From NCBI GenBank assembly GCA_965219535.1, contig CBDCNV010000002.1, forward strand, positions 900,001-932,000: a stretch of DNA of 32,000 nt, read 5' to 3'. Below, piece by piece: positions 24,894-32,000 of the stretch; the stretch's first letter is position 1, and every line of letters begins with the position of its first letter. The notes below the pieces were generated by a model. That model had not been told where the DNA came from. It made no database searches and saw only the letters and a program-made list of their open reading frames with translations. Both the position numbers and the translations under genes were made by a program. The DNA is from Opitutales bacterium (GTDB lineage: Bacteria > Verrucomicrobiota > Verrucomicrobiia > Opitutales > PNEW01).

Positions 24894-25412
24894 TCAGGTT
24901 TCAAAAGTCTGTGTTATCAACTCATCTATTAGGCTCTCATTAAAGTTCCCGTTCGTAAATTCGCCGATAACTTTTCTCCAGAAATTAACGGCGGGTATGT
25001 TTTCAGGGATTTGCCGTATTCGCCACGAACCTTGAAACTTTTTAAAGAGCTTGTGCACTATCCGTCTCCCGACTCCTAATCTTTGGAATTTTCCCAGCAC
25101 AAAGAATTCACCTACATCGTATAGCGGATTACCCTCTTCACTTAGCTCCTGAAGGAGGACAAAGCCCGCGATCTTGTCGTCAACCGTAATCATAAAGGGG
25201 TGACCTTTTCGATTATCCGACCATCTGAAATCAGCGCGCGTGTCGGGATGATTGGACTGCCAGTACTCTCGCGAGTCGTCGCATCCACCGTAGATTCCCT
25301 GAGGGTTACAGTCCCAACCGGTCATTTTTGACATATCATAAACATAATAACTTATGAGATTCAAAACGACCGGCAGATCTTTATCTGTAGCTTTAATTAA
25401 TTCTACTTTCAT
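24894..25412 (-). CDS. GNAT-family acetyltransferase
   Basis: 172 aa. Motif A FQRLGVGRRIVHKLF, followed by the ...PAVNFWRKV tail typical of a small GNAT subfamily. Confidence 0.8.
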   Translation of the reverse strand: MKVELIKATDKDLPVVLNLISYYVYDMSKMTGWDCNPQGIYGGCDDSREYWQSNHPDTRADFRWSDNRKGHPFMITVDDKIAGFVLLQELSEEGNPLYDVGEFFVLGKFQRLGVGRRIVHKLFKKFQGSWRIRQIPENIPAVNFWRKVIGEFTNGNFNESLIDELITQTFET

Positions 25413-25446
25413 TTTAAATTATTATGACATTGTGGTAGCGTGTGCA

Positions 25447-25956
25447 TCAACACCCATTGATAATATTCCTGATAGTATTGACAGCCTTATCTTCATAAGT
25501 GTTGTCATTCGTGCAAAGTTTAAGAACGAAAGAACGATTCATGGCTTCAGTAGTTGCTTTCTCGTGGATCTCTTTTGCTTCAGCTTCTGTTACAGGAAAT
25601 CTCTTTTCGCGTCTGGATCTCAATCGTTCAATAAGGATCTCCTCTGGTGCGTTCAACCATACCCGGAGTACTTTTATCCCAGTCGATTCCAGGTTGTCAG
25701 CTAATTGCCAATCACTTTTCCACGCGCCAGTTGCTTCGACAGACACCGTATCAGATGTTTCCAATTGTAAGATAACTCTGTCTAGAACAGGTTCGAGCCA
25801 ACCCAATTCGGGATCAGTTTTTATACCCTTAGCAGTCCACATGAGAACGAGCTCATCTGGATCAATATGATCTATACTTAATTCTTCTTTCAGTCTGCGA
25901 GCTAACTTGGTCTTACCAACTGCCTTTGGTCCATATAGAACGACGACGGTTTGCAT
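25447..25956 (-). CDS. P-loop NTPase, small-molecule/nucleotide kinase-like
   Basis: 169 aa. Walker A motif GPKAVGKT near the N-terminus, in a short kinase-sized fold. A GAGGT Shine-Dalgarno-like sequence lies about 10 nt upstream of the ATG at 25956. Confidence 0.7.
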   Translation of the reverse strand: MQTVVVLYGPKAVGKTKLARRLKEELSIDHIDPDELVLMWTAKGIKTDPELGWLEPVLDRVILQLETSDTVSVEATGAWKSDWQLADNLESTGIKVLRVWLNAPEEILIERLRSRREKRFPVTEAEAKEIHEKATTEAMNRSFVLKLCTNDNTYEDKAVNTIRNIINGC

Positions 25957-25996
25957 TATTGTATGTACCTCATGATTTAAAGCGATAAAGCTTAAC

Positions 25997-26602
25997 CTAT
26001 TTAGGATCTCCTATTGGAGGGAGTTTTTGTGTAAGTGTTACGATCGAGTTCCATAAGTCAGGTGTAAAGGGCAATTCCAATTGTTTACATATCTCCCGCC
26101 ATCGATCAATCTGGTCCATGATATGCAGAGGTACATATCCAAGCTTGAGGTAGGTCTTGATTGCGGCTAACCGAAAATCCTCGGTATATAAATGGATGAA
26201 ACGAAAACCTTCATCGATAAACCGTGCGGTAACAGCAGCACTAAGTGCTAACCCTAATCTCTTTCCGGAATGTGCAGGATCACTAGCGAGCCAACCCAGT
26301 TCACCGCCAGAAGAATAAGCTTCAGAACGCAAAGCCATACAACTCGCTACCATACGACCGCTCGCCTGATGGCAGACCAAAAACCAGCCTTCTGACAAAA
26401 TCCGTGGTATCCATGGTTTGAGCCGTTGTTCATCCCAATCATTCCACCCTGCCATATCCATCAATTCAAAAAAATTGTTACTGTCATCCGGATGGTATGT
26501 TCGCAATAAATAGCCGGGAGTAAAATGAACAGAAGGCGGAGTGAGCAATAGTTGCTCCGGCCATGCCATCTGAAGTTGATCAGCATAAAACTGTGTGCTC
26601 AT
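25997..26602 (-). CDS. GNAT-family acetyltransferase
   Basis: 201 aa. Motif A region HSGKRLGLALSAAV and the C-terminal AIKTYLKLGY. Confidence 0.8.
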   Translation of the reverse strand: MSTQFYADQLQMAWPEQLLLTPPSVHFTPGYLLRTYHPDDSNNFFELMDMAGWNDWDEQRLKPWIPRILSEGWFLVCHQASGRMVASCMALRSEAYSSGGELGWLASDPAHSGKRLGLALSAAVTARFIDEGFRFIHLYTEDFRLAAIKTYLKLGYVPLHIMDQIDRWREICKQLELPFTPDLWNSIVTLTQKLPPIGDPK

Positions 26603-26608
26603 TTATCA

Positions 26609-27181
26609 TTAACTTTTAGGCGTTGGATCTATTAATCTCCCCAATATATTATCTCTCAATTCTTCGAGCGATTTAGTACCATCCAGAATAAGATCGCTGG
26701 GCTCCTTATGGCGAAAGTGGTTCAAGTATGGAATTCTGGCTTTATTCAAATAATGAACCAGATCTTTCTTCAAGCTAACCATTATTTCATCGGCAGGGGA
26801 TTCGTTTTCTCCCAGGTAATTTCGCAGAATTCTTCTTGCCATCGCGACGTCCAATGGAGTGTCAACGTAGATTGAAAGATCTATCAGGTCTTTCAGGCGA
26901 TGGTGTGCACGCCCCCAAGGGTAATCTAAAATGATATATTTTACTTTCCTCTTCTCGATCTCTTCTGCAATGGCACTGCTCATCCCTGGAATATCAAACT
27001 CTGAGAGATCGGCACCCCTTATCGTCCATTCATAATAGTCATCCGGATAAATATTGGTCTCATCGAAATCATCGAAACGGAACAGGACTGAGGATGGTAA
27101 CGATTCGTGCAGGAGTTCAGCGAGGGCAGTTTTCCCTCCACCTGATACTGCATTGATAGCGATGACGTACGGAGATTGCAT
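26609..27181 (-). CDS. Uridine-kinase-like P-loop kinase
   Basis: 190 aa. Walker A motif AVSGGGKT after an N-terminal beta strand (VIAINA). ILDYPWG and YVDTPLDVAMARR resemble uridine/nucleoside kinase family segments. The stop is 6 nt before the next gene's start. Confidence 0.65.
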   Translation of the reverse strand: MQSPYVIAINAVSGGGKTALAELLHESLPSSVLFRFDDFDETNIYPDDYYEWTIRGADLSEFDIPGMSSAIAEEIEKRKVKYIILDYPWGRAHHRLKDLIDLSIYVDTPLDVAMARRILRNYLGENESPADEIMVSLKKDLVHYLNKARIPYLNHFRHKEPSDLILDGTKSLEELRDNILGRLIDPTPKS

Positions 27182-27186
27182 TTTTC

Positions 27187-27675
27187 TCAGGTCTTTTGAA
27201 TTTCCATATAGTCCTCATCGTCGCCAAGAGGCTGAAATCGATCTCTCAATACATGAAATGTCTCTTTAATGATAAGAAAATCTCCCCGCAAGCGCTGATT
27301 CCTCTTCTCGCAGCGCTCCCGAGCTATATCTTCTGGAATGGAAAACGATAACAACTTTGGGATTCCACCACATTCTTTAACTTTCTTCCGAGTATCATCA
27401 CGATAGCTCCGATTCCAGAAACCAAAGTCCAGGATCACATCAATATTCATGCGAATGAGTTGAGACCAATAGCTTTCCATGATCCCCAGGATTGTATCGT
27501 AGTGTTCTGAGAATTTATCTGCGGGAGGATCAACACCGAATAATTTAACCATCCATTCGTCCGGTGAAAACCTGGCGGCTCCTTCATCCCTCTCAAGTTT
27601 TATTGCATAGGTCGTCTTACCCGAACATACGAATCCATACAGCAGGTACGCGATTGGTTTTTCGGTTTTTGACAC
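27187..27675 (-). CDS. AAA_33/zeta-toxin-like P-loop kinase
   Basis: 162 aa. GTG start at 27675, preceded by AGGAG 6 nt upstream. Walker A motif GFVCSGKTT, then VILDFGFW (Walker-B-like). The stop is 5 nt before the next gene's start. Confidence 0.7.
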   Translation of the reverse strand: MSKTEKPIAYLLYGFVCSGKTTYAIKLERDEGAARFSPDEWMVKLFGVDPPADKFSEHYDTILGIMESYWSQLIRMNIDVILDFGFWNRSYRDDTRKKVKECGGIPKLLSFSIPEDIARERCEKRNQRLRGDFLIIKETFHVLRDRFQPLGDDEDYMEIQKT

Positions 27676-27699
27676 TTATACTCCTGATTAATTGTCGCC

Positions 27700-28467
27700 T
27701 CACTTCTTGTTTGGCTTCCAGATCATTGGATAGGAGGTGCTTATTCGCGTGAATCCGAGATTTGTTAATATTGGTTCGCTGGTCGGTAAAGCGTCCACAT
27801 ACGCATAGCGATAGTTGCGTTTACAGGCTTCCTGTAATCGTGTGATGACGAGCGATGTATAGAATCCCTTTCGTCGATGTTCCGGTAAGGTAGCGCCACC
27901 AAAAATGCCCGCAAAGACACCAGTTGGGGATTCAAAGTCAACTCTGCCAATGCTAACGGGCATATCTCCGTTGTAAGCCACAAATACAGCCAGGGTGTCC
28001 GGATACTTTTCCAATTGGGTCCGCGTCCAATCATCAGATCCTGAAAGAGGAACGGTAATCGAAACTTTCTCGTAATCCTCAAATTCATGCAAGGTATTGA
28101 GTTTTCGAATGTCATGTTTGGGCATTTCTTTTAAACGGGATGGTAGATTTTTTAAATCAACGATCATGAACGCCTCGGGTGGCCCTTGATTGAACCCAAA
28201 ATTCACCAATCTTTCTCTGAGGTTTCGCGGCTTATCGTGTTCAAAAACCTTCCATTCAAATTCCAGATTTAATTTTGAAAAGAATTCTATCTGCTCTTGA
28301 ATTCCCTTATCGAGCTTGTCGGGTGGAAAGCAGGAGTAACTGACGAAACCGAAATCGAGTGCCGGATCGGCATTGCGCGTAACAAATTCGAGTTCGAGTC
28401 CCTGCCAGGTTTTTCCCGGATTTCTTCGCTCACGATCAAATTCAGTCAGGATATGATTCGTCTTCAT
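27700..28467 (-). CDS. GNAT-family acetyltransferase with an N-terminal extra domain
   Basis: 255 aa. The C-terminal half has GNAT motif A (PEHRRKGFYTSLV) and the LTNLGF tail. Confidence 0.8.
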   Translation of the reverse strand: MKTNHILTEFDRERRNPGKTWQGLELEFVTRNADPALDFGFVSYSCFPPDKLDKGIQEQIEFFSKLNLEFEWKVFEHDKPRNLRERLVNFGFNQGPPEAFMIVDLKNLPSRLKEMPKHDIRKLNTLHEFEDYEKVSITVPLSGSDDWTRTQLEKYPDTLAVFVAYNGDMPVSIGRVDFESPTGVFAGIFGGATLPEHRRKGFYTSLVITRLQEACKRNYRYAYVDALPTSEPILTNLGFTRISTSYPMIWKPNKK

Positions 28468-28566
28468 TGAGTTGATGGCATAATTTTCTGCTCACGGATT
28501 CATTTACACAACACAAAATGGAAAGTAGCACTGAAGCTAACAGGTCACAAGATATTATATATTTAC

Positions 28567-29523
28567 CTACCAAACAAATTCTTCAGAGAGCGATTTGCGT
28601 GTTTGTTCAATCCATTGCGATTGGTTGGGATGCTTGATTTTGTCCCATTCTCCATTGGTAAAGTGTATGAAAAGGTAAACTGTCCGTAACCGAATGAACC
28701 AGGAAAATTCATTTAACCACTTGTCGTCCATAGAACATTCCTGGCGGTAGCCATCCATAAACCAGATTAAAACTTCATGACGTTTATCTTTTGGGAGATG
28801 TCTCGTAGCCCATAGCGAACAAGCAACATCTGCTATATACCAATGATAACACGAGTCTCCAAAATCTATGGTGTGAATTGTAGAGAGGTTTTCTTCGATG
28901 AGAAAATTTCGAAAGGCGAAATCACAGTGGATTAATCCATAGCACTCAGTATCCCTGGGTAGCTGATTCAAGTGATCGATTACTTTTTTTAATTCTTCTA
29001 CCGCTATTGATTCGCTATTCGGTTCGCCTTTTTTTGCATACTGAATAATTTTATCTTCATCCCAATTCTCACGCTTATTACCAGATGGTTTAAATAGCTT
29101 AGAATGTTTGTGGATGCTTCCGAGAGTCTGTCCCCAATTACGATGTAAATTCTCATCAAGATTATCGACCCGGTAGTTTATGTGTCGACCCTGCATCTTC
29201 TTGAATGCAGTGACATAGAAGGTGGCCGATTCGTGTTCGATTTCTTCAATTCGATTTCCCGCAGTTGATTGAATCGGGTAGGTGACAGAAACTCCACTTT
29301 CTTTTAAATGTTCGAGAAAATCCAACTCAGCTTCTATATGGGATCTGGGTTGTAATTCACCCCTAATGAAGCGAAGAAACACTGCATCTTCTCCAAGTTG
29401 GGCTTTATAGACGAGACTTTCGCTATCTCCCACATGTGTGGCACCATTTTCTGGTCCACCCCACCGCGACAGAGCAGTGTCAAGGAATCCTTGGCCTTCG
29501 ATTAATGCGAGAGTCTTATTCAT
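28567..29523 (-). CDS. APH/choline-kinase-family phosphotransferase
   Basis: 318 aa. Brenner motif HCDFAFRN (H-x-D-x4-N) and the metal-binding IDFGDS motif. Confidence 0.85.
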   Translation of the reverse strand: MNKTLALIEGQGFLDTALSRWGGPENGATHVGDSESLVYKAQLGEDAVFLRFIRGELQPRSHIEAELDFLEHLKESGVSVTYPIQSTAGNRIEEIEHESATFYVTAFKKMQGRHINYRVDNLDENLHRNWGQTLGSIHKHSKLFKPSGNKRENWDEDKIIQYAKKGEPNSESIAVEELKKVIDHLNQLPRDTECYGLIHCDFAFRNFLIEENLSTIHTIDFGDSCYHWYIADVACSLWATRHLPKDKRHEVLIWFMDGYRQECSMDDKWLNEFSWFIRLRTVYLFIHFTNGEWDKIKHPNQSQWIEQTRKSLSEEFVW

Positions 29524-29608
29524 TTTCAGGATAATATTTAGATCATCATCGCGGTATAATTGATGTAGGTGAGTATAAAACTGAAATTATAGAACAAGCT
29601 TAAAATTA

Positions 29609-30580
29609 TTAGTCATTAAGGAGAACTTCATCTTCCGCTTTGTATTCCTCTTCAATATCCAACTCTGGTAGATTGTGTCTTTCCCATTCAATCGTCCTCT
29701 CCAATGCTTCTTCTAAACCGATCCTGTCGATGTAGCCAAGTTGCTTTCTGATTTTATTCGTATTCAAATCCATATTCTGAGCAGAATTAATATTATTTAT
29801 CAGGTGCGAAGGTAACTGGTCTCCTTCCATCATTTTTATTTCACCCTTCCAGCCAACAATGGTAGCGATCTTTTCTAACCACTCTTTTTCTGTAAGCGCA
29901 TAGGAGTCGGCAACATTGTAAATCTGTCCACGCGAATTATCATTAGTGGCTGCCAAAGCTATGGCGTGGGCTATGTTCTCAACATAACCGCGACAAGCTT
30001 TCCATTCAGCTATCTCCTTTTCCAAAATTATAACCGGTCTTTCATCATCCATTCTTCTCAGACATGCATTTAGTCGATGTTGACTATCCTGTGGTCCAAA
30101 GACCATGGGCATTCTGAGGATGGTTCCCGAAATTGTAGGGTGCGACATGACTCTTTTTTCCACCGCATTTTTATTATCACCCTCGAGCGGAGATAGGCGC
30201 AGTGGTGATTCTTCTGTAAGGGGAGTATCAAGAATTTCAGAAGGGCCAGGTGCAGTTGCAATTTCAAAAGCCCGGTAAATATTTCCGCTGCTTATGACGA
30301 CAACTCTATCTACAAAACCCTCTGCGATTTCCATCAGCACAGAAGCGTGCTCATCAGAATGGGCAATCATATGAATGATTACCTCTGGAGCAAAAGCAGC
30401 AAATTCACTTTTGTATGATTTTAAGTTATCACGATCGCCGATAATTCTCATTGCTGCACACCCGTCTAAATTATCGTGCTCCCCTCGATGAAAAACACAG
30501 ACATCATGCCCCTGGCTGATCAGGATCTTAACAGCACAGGCTCCCATGAAGTTGGTCCCACCGATAAACAGAATTTTCAT
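29609..30580 (-). CDS. NAD-dependent epimerase/dehydratase (extended SDR)
   Basis: 323 aa. The N-terminal MKILFIGGTNFMG contains the GxxGxxG motif. AGGAGG lies upstream of the ATG at 30580. Confidence 0.8.
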   Translation of the reverse strand: MKILFIGGTNFMGACAVKILISQGHDVCVFHRGEHDNLDGCAAMRIIGDRDNLKSYKSEFAAFAPEVIIHMIAHSDEHASVLMEIAEGFVDRVVVISSGNIYRAFEIATAPGPSEILDTPLTEESPLRLSPLEGDNKNAVEKRVMSHPTISGTILRMPMVFGPQDSQHRLNACLRRMDDERPVIILEKEIAEWKACRGYVENIAHAIALAATNDNSRGQIYNVADSYALTEKEWLEKIATIVGWKGEIKMMEGDQLPSHLINNINSAQNMDLNTNKIRKQLGYIDRIGLEEALERTIEWERHNLPELDIEEEYKAEDEVLLND

Positions 30581-30719
30581 TACTTTGACCTCCTGTATCG
30601 CTAAACAATTTAGGCTTAATTAAAATTCTGTTTTAAATATTCCAGAATGTCATCATCCAATTCATCCAGTGATTCACCCATCCGGATTAACTTCGGTCTA
30701 AAAGCGAACTGAGATGAGC

Positions 30720-31751
30720 CTAATAGGTAAGAAGTGCTTTTACCACTTTGAGCTGACTGACGGCTTCTAAGGCATCATTAATTCCATCGATGGGAAAGCG
30801 ATGGGTGATGAAATCATTTCCAGAGATCCTGCCCTCGCGCACCCAGTTGGAGAGTGTCTCCTGTGCTTCTTTCTCAAACAACCGCGTGGGCCACTGGTGG
30901 ACGAAGATGTTGTAGTTAAAGTCACCTAGTGCATTCGGAACGATGAATTCCTTGGCTCCAGCATAAAACCCGTAAACACACATGGAGCCACCGCGCTTCA
31001 AGAGTGGCAACCCCGCACTAACAAGCTCAGGCACACCAACCGCATCGACCACGGCATCGAGTTGACGTTCTTTGCTTGCTATCTCCGGGGAATCGCGATC
31101 GAAAACATCATCAGCGCCGAAACGTTTCGCACGTTCGCGTTTTTCGGGATGTCGATCAACCAGGCCGATCCAACCGAGCCCAAATAACCGGCCTATTTTG
31201 ACAAAACTTTGTCCCACGGGTCCACCTCCGTAGATCAAAACGTCATCACCCGGTTTTAGATGGAAATCGCGAAAGGCGCCCAACACTTCGCGCCAGGTGC
31301 AAAATAAGACAGCATCTTCGGAGGCAATGTCACTGGCGACAGGGGTCTGAATCTCATAAACCTCAACCCAGCCGTGTTCTTCATCCGCCACTCCATCCTG
31401 CACCATGGCTTCGTGATCATTTGCCAACACGTATTCACAAAACCCACCCCACCCAGATTCTATGCCGTCCACGCCAAGATCAAAGACCAATCCACTGACT
31501 GCACGTTCATTTACTTTGAAATGGCGAACTTTCGCACCGACTTCTTGAACCAGGCCGACGCTCTCATGCCCCAAGGCAAAGGGAAACGCTTTCTCCATAC
31601 CCGGAAAATGACCATTGACGAGTTCGCCGTCCGTTTTGTTGCAAAGGCATGCTACTTCTGTTTTCACCAGTGCCTGGTAGGGGCCCGGTCTGGGAATCGG
31701 CGTGTCGGTAATCTCAACTTGGTTGGGTGCGGTGACAATGACGGTTTTCAC
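30720..31751 (-). CDS. Zinc-type medium-chain alcohol dehydrogenase/reductase (MDR)
   Basis: 343 aa. Catalytic zinc region C..C...GHESVG; NAD-binding IYGGGPVGQ. GTG start at 31751. Confidence 0.85.
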   Translation of the reverse strand: MKTVIVTAPNQVEITDTPIPRPGPYQALVKTEVACLCNKTDGELVNGHFPGMEKAFPFALGHESVGLVQEVGAKVRHFKVNERAVSGLVFDLGVDGIESGWGGFCEYVLANDHEAMVQDGVADEEHGWVEVYEIQTPVASDIASEDAVLFCTWREVLGAFRDFHLKPGDDVLIYGGGPVGQSFVKIGRLFGLGWIGLVDRHPEKRERAKRFGADDVFDRDSPEIASKERQLDAVVDAVGVPELVSAGLPLLKRGGSMCVYGFYAGAKEFIVPNALGDFNYNIFVHQWPTRLFEKEAQETLSNWVREGRISGNDFITHRFPIDGINDALEAVSQLKVVKALLTY

Positions 31752-31836
31752 GCCGTTAATTCAAATTACAATCGATATTATTACAAGCTTTGATCCTGGA
31801 GCGAACGGGCATGGCATCTAAGAAGGATAAAGACTT

Positions 31837-32000
31837 TTACAGGTCACATACCATGATGTAATTCAGAAACTCTACGCCATTACGCTCTACTTTATTGTCG
31901 CGACTATAGACGAATCCATGGCGTTCGAAAAACGTCCTGGCGGTAATTGACACCTCAGAATAGAGTTGGTTTACACCAGTCTCTTTCGCTATTGATTTTA
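31837..32000 (-). CDS. GNAT-family acetyltransferase, partial (5' end beyond the right edge of the window)
   Basis: Absent from the ORF track because it has no start in the window. The minus-strand frame reads ...KSIAKETGVNQLYSEVSITARTFFERHGFVYSRDNKVERNGVEFLNYIMVCDL and ends at a TAA stop (31839-31837). The ARTFFERHGF segment is the typical GNAT C-terminal motif. Confidence 0.7.
   Translation of the reverse strand, partial: KSIAKETGVNQLYSEVSITARTFFERHGFVYSRDNKVERNGVEFLNYIMVCDL

Noticed and set aside
23650-28467. GNAT toxin-antitoxin modules (AtaT/TacT-like) or zeta-toxin/epsilon pairs.
   Set aside because: No small RHH-type, HTH-type or epsilon-like antitoxin ORFs are adjacent. The neighbours are other full-size enzymes.
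30616-30681. 21-codon acidic small ORF (MGESLDELDDDILEYLKQNFN) in the 139-nt spacer between the MDR and SDR genes.
   Set aside because: No Shine-Dalgarno sequence, very short, and no way to test conservation here. It is noted as a possible leader or micro-protein but is not supportable as a feature.
23650-32000. Integron gene-cassette array (many small same-strand genes of GNAT, kinase or VOC type).
   Set aside because: Several junctions are only 5-40 nt, too short to hold an attC site. In the longer spacers (28468-28566, 29524-29608, 30581-30719, 31752-31836) I found no imperfect palindrome bounded by RYYYAAC/GTTRRRY cores. No intI or attI lies in the window.
1-32000. tRNA, rRNA, tmRNA, RNase P or SRP RNA genes, and CRISPR arrays.
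   Set aside because: No T-arm or acceptor-like signatures (GGTTCGAATCC type), no conserved core motifs of these RNAs, and no regularly spaced short direct repeats were seen on either strand. This is by-eye scanning only; a covariance-model scan would be definitive.

Overview
The window looks like chromosomal DNA from a PVC-type bacterium (Verrucomicrobiota-like). That guess rests only on the pseudopilin genes and the repeat style. All calls come from reading the ORF translations and the DNA by eye; no searches were run.

Layout:
- 1-2.2 kb: a partial hypothetical gene, a HEAT-repeat protein and a small secreted LPPG-motif protein.
- 2.8-5.2 kb: three pseudopilin-like genes with no secretion machinery nearby.
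- 5.3-14.2 kb: a YcaQ-family gene, then a block of oxidoreductase, oxygenase, VOC and amidohydrolase genes. It is interrupted at 8.43-9.12 kb by a hairpin-rich, roughly 520-bp tandem duplication.
- 14.2-14.8 kb: dispersed repeats and candidate operator palindromes.
- 14.8-22.2 kb: the most interesting locus. A BlaI-like repressor is followed by an M56 BlaR1-like protease whose sensor part is two TonB_C domains. Next come three secreted Sel1-repeat proteins, a free secreted copy of the double TonB_C module and a small secreted protein. The locus contains an internal segmental duplication.
- 22.10-23.44 kb: a decayed IS3-family element with about 50-bp inverted repeats and TAA flanks. It clips the 3' end of the small secreted gene.
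- 23.65-32.0 kb: a minus-strand run of 12 small-molecule-modifying enzyme genes (6 GNATs, 3 P-loop kinases, an APH-type kinase, a PRTase, an SDR and an MDR dehydrogenase).

I saw no rRNA, tRNA or CRISPR array.
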